Shown here piece by piece: positions 1-9,399 of a stretch of 64,000 nt of DNA. Every line of letters begins with the position of its first letter. Position 1 is the first letter of the stretch. A program made the translations under genes and the position numbers. The stretch comes from an uncultured Bacteroidales bacterium (GTDB lineage: Bacteria > Bacteroidota > Bacteroidia > Bacteroidales > VadinHA17), in NCBI GenBank assembly GCA_963844935.1, contig CAWJQH010000003.1, positions 172,430 to 236,429 on the forward strand. Reading direction: 5' to 3'. The notes under the pieces were generated by a model. That model had not been told where the DNA came from, did no database searches, and worked only from the letters and a program-made list of their open reading frames with translations.

Positions 1-441
1 AGGCAAAAGGCACGTCCGTACCTCTTTTCAAATACAATCGCACCGGTCATTGTATCAGGCGTGCTGAAGGTATTTGATATCCTCTCATCAAGCACGGAGA
101 GACGCGATAAGCTTGAGAAAAACGCAGCCTACTGGCGGAAAGGACTTACCGAGGCGGGGTTTATCCTGAAAGACGGCAACACACCAATTGTTCCGGTAAT
201 GCTCTTCAATGCAAAACTGTCACAGGACTTTTCAAAGGATCTCTATAATGAGGGTATCTACGCAATAGGTTTCTTCTTCCCCGTTGTGCCAAACGGGCAG
301 GCGAGGATAAGAACCCAGATATCCGCGGGGCACGATATCAGCCACCTTGACAGGGCCCTGTCTGCTTTCATCAAGGTAGGCCTGAAATATGGCATACTCG
401 GACTCACAAAGGAGCAGATTATAGAAAAATACGGCCAGTAA
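1..441 (+). CDS. alpha-oxoamine synthase family PLP enzyme (Kbl / glycine C-acetyltransferase-like), C-terminal part; 5' end outside window
   Basis: Frame 1 is open from base 1 (RQKARPYLFSNTIAPVIVSG...) to the TAA at 439-441. The C-terminus GIYAIGFFFPVVPNGQARIRTQISAGH matches the Kbl/AONS C-terminal signature and aligns by eye with the downstream paralog. Confidence 0.75.
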   Translation, partial: RQKARPYLFSNTIAPVIVSGVLKVFDILSSSTERRDKLEKNAAYWRKGLTEAGFILKDGNTPIVPVMLFNAKLSQDFSKDLYNEGIYAIGFFFPVVPNGQARIRTQISAGHDISHLDRALSAFIKVGLKYGILGLTKEQIIEKYGQ

Positions 442-491
442 CAGCCACCCCGCCGGCAATACAATCCTGTTAATCATTAAGCCGGGATGGA

Positions 492-514
492 TGATTATCA
501 TCATTGGATAATCA
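492..514. promoter_or_regulatory. inverted repeat TGATTATC-N7-GATAATCA, candidate operator (Fur-box-like AT-rich palindrome)
   Basis: Perfect 8-bp inverted repeat with a 7-nt spacer. It lies 12 nt upstream of a near-consensus -7 motif CATCTTTG (526-533) and about 50 nt upstream of the kbl start. Confidence 0.3.
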
Positions 515-562
515 CGCTAAAACACCATCTTTGCATCCGTTTTTGTGAATAACCATAATCAG

Positions 563-1756
563 ATGTATAATAACTACCAGGATTATCTCGGTATTCAGCT
601 CCGGGAAATAAAAGAGGCCGGGCTATATAAGAATGAACGTGTAATTGTGTCGCCGCAGGGTGCTGAGATCACCCTTGACTCCGGTCAGACGGTGCTTAAT
701 TTCTGTGCCAACAACTACCTTGGACTGTCTGCCAGCAAAAAGCTGGTCGAAGCAGCAAAACATGCTCTTGACACACATGGTTACGGCATGTCGTCAGTAC
801 GGTTCATCTGCGGCACGGGGGATCTTCATAAGGAGCTGGAAAAAAAGATAGCTGAGTTTTTCGGCACTGAAGACACAATACTTTACGCGGCATGCTTTGA
901 TGCCAACGGCGGTGTCTTTGAACCGTTGCTTACAAGCGAAGATGCAATAATCTCAGACTCACTGAATCATGCCTCCATCATAGACGGGGTGCGCCTGTGC
1001 AAGGCACAGCGGTACCGGTATGAAAACGCTGACATGGAAGACCTTGAGACACAGCTGCAGCTTGCACAGGAGCAGCGGTTCAGGCTTATAGTCACTGACG
1101 GGGTCTTCTCAATGGACGGCAACGTGGCACCGCTTGACAGGATCTTTGAGCTGGCCAATAAATACAACGCCATGGTCATGGTTGATGAGTGTCATTCAGC
1201 AGGTGTGGTAGGAAAAACTGGTCGCGGTGTTACCGAGCTATATAATCTCAGGGGGAAGATCGAGATAATCACCGGCACCCTGGGCAAAGCCTTCGGCGGA
1301 GCCATAGGAGGATTTACCACCGGAAGGAAAGAGATCATCGAGATGCTTCGCCAGCGCTCAAGACCGTACCTCTTCTCCAACTCCATCCCGCCGACGGTGG
1401 CTGCTGCAGGGATCAGGATGCTCGAGATGATGACGGATACCAATGAGCTGCAGGACAAGCTTCATCTCAATACTGAGTATTTCGTTGAGAAGATGCTGAA
1501 AGCAGGGTTTGACATTAAACCGACACAGTCGGCCATTTGCGCTGTGATGCTCTATGATGCAAAGCTTGCACAGGAAGTGGCCTCAAGATTGCTCGGTGAG
1601 GGTATTTATGTAATAGGATTTTATTACCCCGTAGTGCCCAAAGGCCAGGCACGCATCAGGGTGCAGCTTTCAGCCGCTCATGAGAGAGAACACCTTGACA
1701 AGGCGGTTGCAGCCTTTACAAAAGTCGGGCGTGAGCTGGGCGTTATCAGGCAATAA
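563..1756 (+). CDS. kbl: 2-amino-3-ketobutyrate CoA ligase (glycine C-acetyltransferase)
   Basis: Track ORF is 545..1756 (GTG), but ATG 563 fits the Kbl N-terminus better. NFCANNYLGL, SVRFICGT, ISDSLNHASIIDGVRLCKA, DGVFSMDG, GTLGKAFGG (PLP Lys), RPYLFSNS and YYPVVPKGQARIR closely follow E. coli Kbl as I recall it. Confidence 0.88.
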   Translation: MYNNYQDYLGIQLREIKEAGLYKNERVIVSPQGAEITLDSGQTVLNFCANNYLGLSASKKLVEAAKHALDTHGYGMSSVRFICGTGDLHKELEKKIAEFFGTEDTILYAACFDANGGVFEPLLTSEDAIISDSLNHASIIDGVRLCKAQRYRYENADMEDLETQLQLAQEQRFRLIVTDGVFSMDGNVAPLDRIFELANKYNAMVMVDECHSAGVVGKTGRGVTELYNLRGKIEIITGTLGKAFGGAIGGFTTGRKEIIEMLRQRSRPYLFSNSIPPTVAAAGIRMLEMMTDTNELQDKLHLNTEYFVEKMLKAGFDIKPTQSAICAVMLYDAKLAQEVASRLLGEGIYVIGFYYPVVPKGQARIRVQLSAAHEREHLDKAVAAFTKVGRELGVIRQ

Positions 1757-1825
1757 GGTGCCGCGTTAAACATCATCTGGTTTTTTTATTCTATCTTGTT
1801 CCTTCAAAACAAATAAATCCGGATT

Positions 1826-2131
1826 ATGAAAACTCTGCTCTCACATAGGAATTTCTTGCTTATTGTTTCCGGGGTCATTCTGCTCTCTTTTTCAGGTTGT
1901 GCTCAGTTTGAAGACGTTGGGCAATGTCTTACCGGCCATACTTATGGTTTCTTTGGTGGCTTATGGCATGGATTTATTGCCCCGTTTGATCTTATAGGCA
2001 TGCTTTTCAGTGATAACATCACGATGTATGCCCAGAATAACACCGGTGGCTTCTATGCACTCGGGTTCATTCTTGGCAGCGGTGGCTGGGGCTTCCTCGG
2101 AGGAAGGGGCATCAGGAAAGCCAGAAAATAA
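1826..2131 (+). CDS. small Gly/aromatic-rich lipoprotein or membrane protein, unknown function
   Basis: 101-aa ORF with a signal peptide and lipobox (LLSFSGC), followed by hydrophobic Gly-rich segments (GFFGGLWHGF, GFILGSGGWGFLGG). No family recognised. Confidence 0.5.
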   Translation: MKTLLSHRNFLLIVSGVILLSFSGCAQFEDVGQCLTGHTYGFFGGLWHGFIAPFDLIGMLFSDNITMYAQNNTGGFYALGFILGSGGWGFLGGRGIRKARK

Positions 2132-2257
2132 TTCCGGCATAATTAATTGCCTCTTCTGCAAAAATGTAATGTTTTGATATTAAGCATTATAATAAGGTGC
2201 ATTATTTCTATCCGCCTTGCTTTTTTAATGACGAAATAAAGAAAAATTGACAATTAA

Positions 2258-2287
2258 TTTGATTTGTAATTAAATTATGTACTTTTG
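2258..2287 (+). promoter_or_regulatory. Bacteroidetes-type promoter (TTTG ... TACTTTTG)
   Basis: TACTTTTG at 2280-2287 matches the -7 consensus TAnnTTTG. TTTG motifs sit at 2258-2261 and 2263-2266 in an AT-rich region, 25 nt upstream of the leader ORF. Confidence 0.45.
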
Positions 2288-2312
2288 AACCTCAATTATT
2301 AACGAAAAAGCA

Positions 2313-2366
2313 GTGAAATCTGTATTATATATTATTATCCTCATCATCATTGCCGCAGGCAGCTGA
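2313..2366 (+). CDS. ilv-leu operon leader peptide (MKSVLYIIILIIIAAGS)
   Basis: 17-codon ORF with a GTG start, the only canonical start after the in-frame stop at 2286. It has 6 Ile, 2 Leu and 1 Val, with 9 of these in the 10 codons at positions 4-13. It is followed directly by antiterminator/terminator-capable sequence and then ilvD. Confidence 0.7.
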   Translation: MKSVLYIIILIIIAAGS

Positions 2367-2400
2367 TCCGGGAATAATATGTAACACTATAAGTATACAG

Positions 2401-2433
2401 AAGCTTTCCGGAAATCCGGGAAGCTTTTTTTTT
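2401..2433 (+). terminator. attenuator terminator of the ilv-leu leader
   Basis: 11-bp stem AAGCTTTCCGG (2401-2411) / CCGGGAAGCTT (2416-2426) with one G-U pair and an AAAT loop, followed by a T-run to 2433. The ilvD ATG lies 17 nt downstream. Confidence 0.75.
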
Positions 2434-2449
2434 AATGTGTTTTGAGCCT

Positions 2450-4276
2450 ATGAAGAACCAACTCAGGAGTGCAGCAACGGTAACCGGCAGGAACATGGCC
2501 GGTGCAAGAAGTCTCTGGCGGGCCAACGGCATGAAAGAAGAACACTTCGGTAAACCGGTCATTGCCATTGTCAACTCATTTTCCCAGTTCGTTCCGGGGC
2601 ATGTCCATCTGCACAGTATTGGTCAGGTCATTAAGGAGGAGATCGGGAAACATGGCCTTTTCGCAGCTGAATTCAATACAATAGCCATCGATGACGGAAT
2701 TGCGATGGGCCACGAAGGGATGCTCTATTCCTTACCCTCCAGGGAACTCATTGCCGACAGTGTCGAGTATGTGTGCAACGCCCACCGGGCAGATGCAATG
2801 ATATGTATCAGTAACTGCGACAAGATCACTCCCGGTATGCTGATGGCTGCCATGAGGCTGAACATACCGGCGGTTTTTGTTTCGGGAGGCCCGATGGAGG
2901 CCGGGAATCACAATAACAGGTCGCTTGACCTGATAGATGCGATGGTGTCTGCTGCCGACAGCACCGTGAGTGATTCAGACCTGAATGATATTGAAATGGC
3001 TGCCTGTCCTACCTGCGGGTCATGTTCAGGCATGTTCACGGCGAATTCAATGAATTGCCTGAACGAAGCGCTGGGCCTTGCACTTCCGGGCAATGGAACA
3101 ATAGTTGCCACCCACCGGAACCGCATGAGACTGTTTGAAAGAGCAGCGGGGCTGATTGTGGACCTGGCGAACAGATACTACTCAGAGGGTGATGACACAG
3201 TACTTCCAAGGTCAATTGCAACCAGGGAAGCCTTTAAAAACGCCATGTCGCTTGACATTGCAATGGGAGGATCGACAAACACCGTTCTTCACCTCCTGGC
3301 AATAGCGCATGAAGCCGGTGTTGATTTTTCAATGAAGGATATTGATGAACTTTCCCGGGAAGTCCCCACCATATGCAAAGTCTCCCCCAGTTCACATTAC
3401 CATATCCAGGATGTAAACCGTGCCGGCGGTATTTTTGCCATTCTTGGAGAATTGGAGCGAAACAATCTGATAGACAGCTCTGTAAGAAGGATAGACTATC
3501 CTACTCTTCATGAAGCAATTTCTGAATGGGATATTTCCGGAGATAATGCATTGCCCCTCGCATTTGATTACTGCAAAAGCGCCCCGGGAATGAAGAGAAG
3601 CCTTGAAATGGCTTCGCATGATACTCTTTACGACACGCTTGATACTGACCGGAAAAACGGATGCATAAGAAGTGTAAAATATCCTTATAACAAGGAAGGC
3701 GGCCTTGCTGTCCTTTACGGAAACATTGCGAAAAACGGCTGTATAGTCAAAACCGCAGGCATCGACCCTTCAATGTTTACATTTTCAGGCCATGCGGTGA
3801 TCTTCGAATCCCAGGAAGAAGCCGTGGAAGGAATACTGAATGATACTGTGGGCGCAGGAGAAGTTATCGTGATCAGGTACGAAGGTCCGAAAGGAGGGCC
3901 AGGTATGCAGGAGATGCTTTACCCTACATCATATCTGAAATCCAGGGGGCTTGACAGGAAATGTGCATTGATAACCGATGGCCGCTTTTCAGGAGGCACC
4001 TCGGGATTGTCTGTCGGTCATATCTCTCCGGAAGCAGCAGCAAAAGGAGGAATTGCAATTCTCAGGACAGGTGATCAGGTTGATATTGATATAGCAAACC
4101 GGAAGATAAATGTAAACCTTTCTGATAATGAGATCATTAAAAGGCATCAGGAGGAGGAGGCAAAGGGAGAAATGGCCTACAGGCCGAAAAACCGGCGGCG
4201 TGAAATACCATCTTCGCTGAAAGCTTATGCTGCAACGGTAAGTTCAGCTGACAGGGGGGCGGTGAGGATAATATGA
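2450..4276 (+). CDS. ilvD: dihydroxy-acid dehydratase
   Basis: [42 protein letters not shown] (Fe-S cysteines) and TDGRFSGGT. Track ORF starts at 2435; ATG 2450 (MKNQLRS) is preferred. Confidence 0.95.
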   Translation: MKNQLRSAATVTGRNMAGARSLWRANGMKEEHFGKPVIAIVNSFSQFVPGHVHLHSIGQVIKEEIGKHGLFAAEFNTIAIDDGIAMGHEGMLYSLPSRELIADSVEYVCNAHRADAMICISNCDKITPGMLMAAMRLNIPAVFVSGGPMEAGNHNNRSLDLIDAMVSAADSTVSDSDLNDIEMAACPTCGSCSGMFTANSMNCLNEALGLALPGNGTIVATHRNRMRLFERAAGLIVDLANRYYSEGDDTVLPRSIATREAFKNAMSLDIAMGGSTNTVLHLLAIAHEAGVDFSMKDIDELSREVPTICKVSPSSHYHIQDVNRAGGIFAILGELERNNLIDSSVRRIDYPTLHEAISEWDISGDNALPLAFDYCKSAPGMKRSLEMASHDTLYDTLDTDRKNGCIRSVKYPYNKEGGLAVLYGNIAKNGCIVKTAGIDPSMFTFSGHAVIFESQEEAVEGILNDTVGAGEVIVIRYEGPKGGPGMQEMLYPTSYLKSRGLDRKCALITDGRFSGGTSGLSVGHISPEAAAKGGIAILRTGDQVDIDIANRKINVNLSDNEIIKRHQEEEAKGEMAYRPKNRRREIPSSLKAYAATVSSADRGAVRII

Positions 4277-4315
4277 AGCATGGGGCATAGGGCAAGGAGC
4301 ATGGGGATTAAATCA

Positions 4316-4394
4316 GGCAATAGGCAGTAGAGGGCCGAGCGTTAAATCCCGACATGTTATGTCGGGATAGCGAAGGAGCCGGTTTGCAGGGGAG
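4316..4394. repeat. structured intergenic repeat, family 1, copy 1 (ilvD-ilvB spacer)
   Basis: The flanks GGCAATAGGCAGTAGAGGGCCGAG and TAGCGAAGGAGCCGGTTTGCAGGGGAG are nearly identical to 34768-34845. The central hairpin is a 9-bp stem with a 3-nt loop (4347-4355 / 4359-4367). Confidence 0.7.
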
Positions 4395-4454
4395 ACAAGG
4401 AGCACGGGGCACGGAGCAAAGAGATAAAAGAATGTGGACTAAGTCAGGATTAAA

Positions 4455-6194
4455 ATGAAGAAAAACAAGGAGTTAAATACAACAGTGGCGACTGGTAAGG
4501 ATCAGGAGCAGATTTCAGGAGCTGAGGCGCTTCTCAGGTGCCTTATCGAGGAAGGTGTGGATACTGTATTCGGTTACCCGGGAGGCGCCATCATGCCTGT
4601 CTATGACAAACTGCTTGATTATGAAGATAAGATCAGGCATATACTCACCCGTCACGAACAGGGAGCTGCACATGCAGCCCAGGCATATGCAATGGTTACC
4701 GGAAAACCCGGGGTCTGTTTCGCAACTTCCGGTCCCGGGGCAACCAACCTGGTAACGGGTATTGCCAATGCTTTCCTTGATTCAGTGCCTGTCGTTTTCA
4801 TCACTGCCCAGGTTGTATCAAACCTGATTGGTACTGACGCATTTCAGGAGACTGACATTCTTGGTGTTTCAATGCCTGTCACAAAATGGAACTGCCAGAT
4901 CAAAAGGCCGGAGGATCTGCCCGACACAATAGCAAAGGCATTCTACATTGCAAAGTCAGGCCGTCCCGGACCGGTGCTGGTTGACGTGGCCAAGGACGCC
5001 CAGATTGAAAAACTCAGTTTCAGGTACAGCAAATGTGAATACCTGAGAAGCTATAATCCCAGGATACCATTGCATACCAGGGAGATAGAGTCGGCAGCCA
5101 TTATGATCAACCATGCCGAGAAACCGTTAATTCTTGCCGGCCATGGTGTCCTGTTGTCGGGTGCCGAGAATGAACTAAAGGAACTGGCCGAGAAAGCCGG
5201 AATTCCTGTTGCCCTTACGCTGCTTGGACTCTCAGCCTTTCCCTACGGTCACAGACTGTATGCCGGGATGCTCGGCATGCACGGAAACCTCGGCCCGAAT
5301 GTTCTCACAAATGAGGCTGACCTGATTATTGCCATCGGAATGCGTTTTGATGACCGTGTGACAGGCAACCTGAAGAAATATGCAAAGAACGCAAGGATAA
5401 TACACATCGAGATAGATGAAGCAGAGATCAATAAGAATGTGCAGGTCGATCTTGAAATAAATAATGATGCCCGTGAAGTGCTGCGTCACCTGATACCGCT
5501 GGTGAAGGAAAATTCTTTTGCAAGATGGATAAGGGAATTCAGGATATGTGATAAAACAGAATATGATAAAGTCATCAGGCCCGAGACAGAACCGGAATCG
5601 GGAGAGATCAGAATGGGGGAAGTAGTACGCCTCGTGTCAGACCTGACCCACGGAGATGCAATAATTGTTACTGATGTCGGGCAAAACCAGATGTCTGCCG
5701 CCCGGTATTATAAATTCAAAAATCCAAACAGCCTGGTGACATCCGGCGGAATGGGAACAATGGGCTTCGGACTCCCGGCTTCTGTAGGCGCCAAGATCGG
5801 AAGACCTGACAAACAGGTTGTGGTTTTCCTTGGTGACGGCGGTTTCCAGATGACAATCCAGGAGCTTGGAACCATCCTTCAGTACCAGGTCCCGGTCAAG
5901 ATAATTATCCTGAATAACAGTTTCCTCGGGATGGTGAGACAGTGGCAGGATATGTTCTACAATAAAAGGTATGCCTCGACTGCCCTTGTCAATCCCGATT
6001 TCCTGAAGATTGCAGAGGGATTTGGGATTAGCTCAAAAAGAGTAACGGAAAGAAAGGATCTTGAAAAAAATCTGGCTGAGATGCTTGCGGCCGATGGGCC
6101 CTACCTGCTTGACGTAACAATAAGCAAGGAGGCAAATGTGCTGCCAATGGTTGAACCGGGTTCATCAGTCTCTGATGTAAGATTGACAAATTAA
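4455..6194 (+). CDS. ilvB: acetolactate synthase, large (catalytic) subunit
   Basis: ThDP-enzyme motifs [38 protein letters not shown] and LGDGGFQM; 579 aa. Confidence 0.93.
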   Translation: MKKNKELNTTVATGKDQEQISGAEALLRCLIEEGVDTVFGYPGGAIMPVYDKLLDYEDKIRHILTRHEQGAAHAAQAYAMVTGKPGVCFATSGPGATNLVTGIANAFLDSVPVVFITAQVVSNLIGTDAFQETDILGVSMPVTKWNCQIKRPEDLPDTIAKAFYIAKSGRPGPVLVDVAKDAQIEKLSFRYSKCEYLRSYNPRIPLHTREIESAAIMINHAEKPLILAGHGVLLSGAENELKELAEKAGIPVALTLLGLSAFPYGHRLYAGMLGMHGNLGPNVLTNEADLIIAIGMRFDDRVTGNLKKYAKNARIIHIEIDEAEINKNVQVDLEINNDAREVLRHLIPLVKENSFARWIREFRICDKTEYDKVIRPETEPESGEIRMGEVVRLVSDLTHGDAIIVTDVGQNQMSAARYYKFKNPNSLVTSGGMGTMGFGLPASVGAKIGRPDKQVVVFLGDGGFQMTIQELGTILQYQVPVKIIILNNSFLGMVRQWQDMFYNKRYASTALVNPDFLKIAEGFGISSKRVTERKDLEKNLAEMLAADGPYLLDVTISKEANVLPMVEPGSSVSDVRLTN

Positions 6195-6205
6195 ACTGCG
6201 AGAAT

Positions 6206-6766
6206 ATGAAAAACGAATATACCCTGTCACTGTTTACCGAGAATCACATCGGGATACTGAACCAGATAACAATAATCCTTACAAGGAGGCAGATAAACAT
6301 CGAGAGCATAACAGCCTCTGAATCTGCCGTCCCCGGTGTGCATCTGTGGACGCTTGTGGTTATTACATCTCCTGAAATGGTCAGAAAAGTGGCCAGGCAG
6401 ATGGAAAAGCTTGTTGATGTTCTGAAGGTCTTTGTGCACACTTCAGATGAGATAATCTACCAGGAAATCGCGCTGTTCAAGGTTGCCACCCGGGGATTGA
6501 TGTCGGGAAATATAATTGATCATATTGTCCGCGGACACCATGCCCGCATCCTGGAAGTCACTCCGGAATATATCATTGTCGAAAAAACGGGTCACAAATC
6601 AGAAATAGCCGACCTGCTTCGCCAGCTGGAACCTTACGGGGTCCTGCAGTTTGTCAGGTCAGGACGTGTGGCAATCACAAAACAGGTCAAGGAATTAAAT
6701 TCTTACCTGAAGGAAATGGATGAGGCAAAGCGCCCGGAACCGCAGGAAATAGAAATTGACAATTAA
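6206..6766 (+). CDS. ilvN: acetolactate synthase, small (regulatory) subunit
   Basis: N-terminal ACT domain (YTLSLFTENHIGILNQITIILTRRQINIESI). Starts 11 nt after ilvB; 186 aa. Confidence 0.88.
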   Translation: MKNEYTLSLFTENHIGILNQITIILTRRQINIESITASESAVPGVHLWTLVVITSPEMVRKVARQMEKLVDVLKVFVHTSDEIIYQEIALFKVATRGLMSGNIIDHIVRGHHARILEVTPEYIIVEKTGHKSEIADLLRQLEPYGVLQFVRSGRVAITKQVKELNSYLKEMDEAKRPEPQEIEIDN

Positions 6767-6796
6767 GAACTATTAATAATTAAATAATCAGAAATC

Positions 6797-7846
6797 ATGG
6801 CAAAAATCGATTTTGGCGGCGTTACAGAAAACGTTGTAACAAGAGATGAATTCCCGCTTTCAAAAGCCCGCGAAATATTAAAAAGTGAGGTCGTTGCTGT
6901 CATCGGATACGGGGTCCAGGGACCAGCACAGGCATTGAATATGAAAGACAATGGCATCAACGTGATCGTCGGACAGGCCCCTGAATTCAAAGCTGACTGG
7001 GACAAAGCTGTCGCCGATGGTTTTATACCCGGTAAGACACTTTTCGGTGTAGAAGAGGCTGCGAAAAAAGGGACTATCATTCAGTACCTTGTCTCAGATG
7101 CCGCACAGCGAACCCTCTGGCCAAAAATTAAACCATGTCTGGTTAAAGGAGATGCTCTCTATTTTTCACACGGTTTCTCAATAACCTATAAAGAGCATAC
7201 AGGTGTTATTCCTCCGGCTGATGTCGATGTTATCCTCTGTGCCCCTAAAGGTTCAGGTACAAGTGTACGCCGCAACTTTCTTGCAGGTGCGGGGATCAAC
7301 TCAAGCTTTTCGGTATTCCAGAATTATACCGGCAAGGCTGAAGAACGGGCGCTGGCCCTGGGCATTGCCATCGGTTCGGGTTACCTGTTCCCGACCACCT
7401 TCGAGATGGAGGTCTTCAGTGATCTGACAGGGGAACGGGGTGTCCTTATGGGTGCACTTGCAGGAATAATGGATGCACAGTACCAGGTTCTCCGCGAAAA
7501 CGGTCATTCCCCTTCAGAGGCATTCAATGAAACAGTTGAGGAACTGACACAAAGCCTTATCCGCCTGGTGGATGAAAAAGGGATGGACTGGATGTATGCG
7601 AATTGCAGTGCTACAGCCCAGAGGGGAGCGCTCGACTGGCGTCCCAGATTCAGGGAAGCAACTTTGCCGGTCTTCAATGAACTGTATAAAAAAGTGAAAT
7701 CGGGTGAAGAATGTGTCAGAGTACTCAAATCTACCAGTGCTGCTAATTACAAGGAAATACTTGATGCTGAGCTTAAGGAGCTTGGTGATTCAGAGATGTG
7801 GAGAGCAGGGGCTGCCGTAAGAAAGCTCCGTCCGGAAAAGCACTAA
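6797..7846 (+). CDS. ilvC: ketol-acid reductoisomerase (class I)
   Basis: [24 protein letters not shown] Rossmann segment and a conserved C-terminal knotted domain; 349 aa, within the ilv operon. Confidence 0.93.
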   Translation: MAKIDFGGVTENVVTRDEFPLSKAREILKSEVVAVIGYGVQGPAQALNMKDNGINVIVGQAPEFKADWDKAVADGFIPGKTLFGVEEAAKKGTIIQYLVSDAAQRTLWPKIKPCLVKGDALYFSHGFSITYKEHTGVIPPADVDVILCAPKGSGTSVRRNFLAGAGINSSFSVFQNYTGKAEERALALGIAIGSGYLFPTTFEMEVFSDLTGERGVLMGALAGIMDAQYQVLRENGHSPSEAFNETVEELTQSLIRLVDEKGMDWMYANCSATAQRGALDWRPRFREATLPVFNELYKKVKSGEECVRVLKSTSAANYKEILDAELKELGDSEMWRAGAAVRKLRPEKH

Positions 7847-7863
7847 CATTAAAGTTAATTAAC

Positions 7864-9357
7864 ATGAATGAGAAGATAATTATTTTCGACACCACCCTCA
7901 GGGACGGGGAGCAGGTTCCCGGGTGCCAGCTTAATACAATAGAAAAGATTGAAGTCGCCCAGGCCCTTGAAGCGCTTGGTGTCGATGTCATTGAGGCCGG
8001 ATTCCCTGTCTCAAGTCCGGGTGATTTCAAATCCGTTGTTGAAATCTCGAAAGCAATCTCTGACCCTGTAATCTGCGCATTGACCAGGGCTGTGAAAAAA
8101 GATATTGAGGTGGCCGCAGAGGCTCTTCAGTATGCAAAAAAGAAGCGCATCCATACTGGTATCGGGACCTCCCCTTTTCATATAAAATACAAACTTAAAA
8201 CAACCCCCGAAGAGACGGTCAAAAGAGCTGTGGATGCCGTTAAATACGCAAAAAAGTTTGTTGAGGATGTGGAGTTTTATGCTGAAGATGCGGGAAGAAG
8301 CGAAAACGAATACCTGGCAAGGGTGATTGAAGCTGTGATAAAAGCCGGTGCAACAGTTGTCAATATACCGGACACAACCGGATACTGCCTCCCGGAAGAA
8401 TACGGTGAGAAGATCCGTTTCCTGAAGGAGAATGTACCGAATATCGAAAAAGCAATTATTTCAACCCACTGCCATAATGACCTGGGAATGGCTACAGCAA
8501 ACACAATTATGGGAGTCATTAACGGAGCCAGGCAGGTTGAGGTGACAATCAACGGTATCGGCGAGAGGGCGGGAAACACTTCACTTGAGGAGGTGGCAAT
8601 GATAATCAAAAGCCACCACAGTCTGAACCTGACGACAAACATAGATTCAAAGCTTATCTTCAGCACAAGCCGGCTTGTATCCACCCTGATGAGCATGCCT
8701 GTGCAGGCCAATAAAGCCATCGTAGGCCGGAATGCATTTGCTCATTCATCGGGAATTCATCAGGACGGTGTCATCAAAAACAGGGAGAACTATGAAATAA
8801 TTGACCCTGTGGAAGTCGGTGTAAAGGAATCTTCAATCATCCTTACGGCACGAAGCGGAAGAGCTGCCCTTAACCACCGGCTTGAGTTGCTCGGACTGAA
8901 GTTTGGCAAGGAGGAGCTGGATGACATCTATCATCGCTTCCTGCTTCTGGCTGACAAAAAAAAGGAGATTAACGATGAAGATATCAGGATCCTTTCAGGT
9001 GAAGTTTTCAAGGGAGAAAAAGCGCTTAAACTGGAAAAGCTGCAGGTTACATGCGGAAAATCACTGATACCGGTAGCTACAGTGTGCATCAGGATAAACG
9101 GGGAAATCCATACCTCGACCGCATCAGGCAACGGACCTATCGATGCTGCATTTACGGCAGTAAGGCAACTGATAAGCAAAACAGTGCACCTCGAAGAGTT
9201 TTTAATCCAGGCTATCACAAAGGGCAGCGATGACATCGGAAAAGTACATATCCAGGTTGAGCACCAGGGCAAAACCTTTTACGGTTTCTCTGCCAACACG
9301 GATATAATAACAGCTTCCGTGGAAGCCTTTATTGATGCTATCGATAAGATCAAGTAA
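7864..9357 (+). CDS. leuA: 2-isopropylmalate synthase
   Basis: [26 protein letters not shown] and a C-terminal LeuA dimerisation/regulatory domain. ATG 7864 is preferred because the track ORF from 7798 overlaps ilvC. Confidence 0.9.
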   Translation: MNEKIIIFDTTLRDGEQVPGCQLNTIEKIEVAQALEALGVDVIEAGFPVSSPGDFKSVVEISKAISDPVICALTRAVKKDIEVAAEALQYAKKKRIHTGIGTSPFHIKYKLKTTPEETVKRAVDAVKYAKKFVEDVEFYAEDAGRSENEYLARVIEAVIKAGATVVNIPDTTGYCLPEEYGEKIRFLKENVPNIEKAIISTHCHNDLGMATANTIMGVINGARQVEVTINGIGERAGNTSLEEVAMIIKSHHSLNLTTNIDSKLIFSTSRLVSTLMSMPVQANKAIVGRNAFAHSSGIHQDGVIKNRENYEIIDPVEVGVKESSIILTARSGRAALNHRLELLGLKFGKEELDDIYHRFLLLADKKKEINDEDIRILSGEVFKGEKALKLEKLQVTCGKSLIPVATVCIRINGEIHTSTASGNGPIDAAFTAVRQLISKTVHLEEFLIQAITKGSDDIGKVHIQVEHQGKTFYGFSANTDIITASVEAFIDAIDKIK

Positions 9358-9399
9358 CTCCCGGCCCGCTGAAGGGGACTGTTAAATGTAAATAAGAAA

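Noticed and set aside
2347-2574. 75-aa minus-strand ORF covering the ilv attenuator and the ilvD start.
   Set aside because: It is antisense to the leader, terminator and ilvD. Its sequence is explained by those features, and there is no promoter motif or protein-like composition.
7798-7863. 5' extensions of track ORFs into upstream genes: leuA from 7798, the aminotransferase from 15034, gldH from 47012, ilvD from 2435 and degT from 62461.
   Set aside because: The extensions overlap upstream coding sequence or a terminator and lack family-like sequence. The internal ATGs give canonical N-termini.
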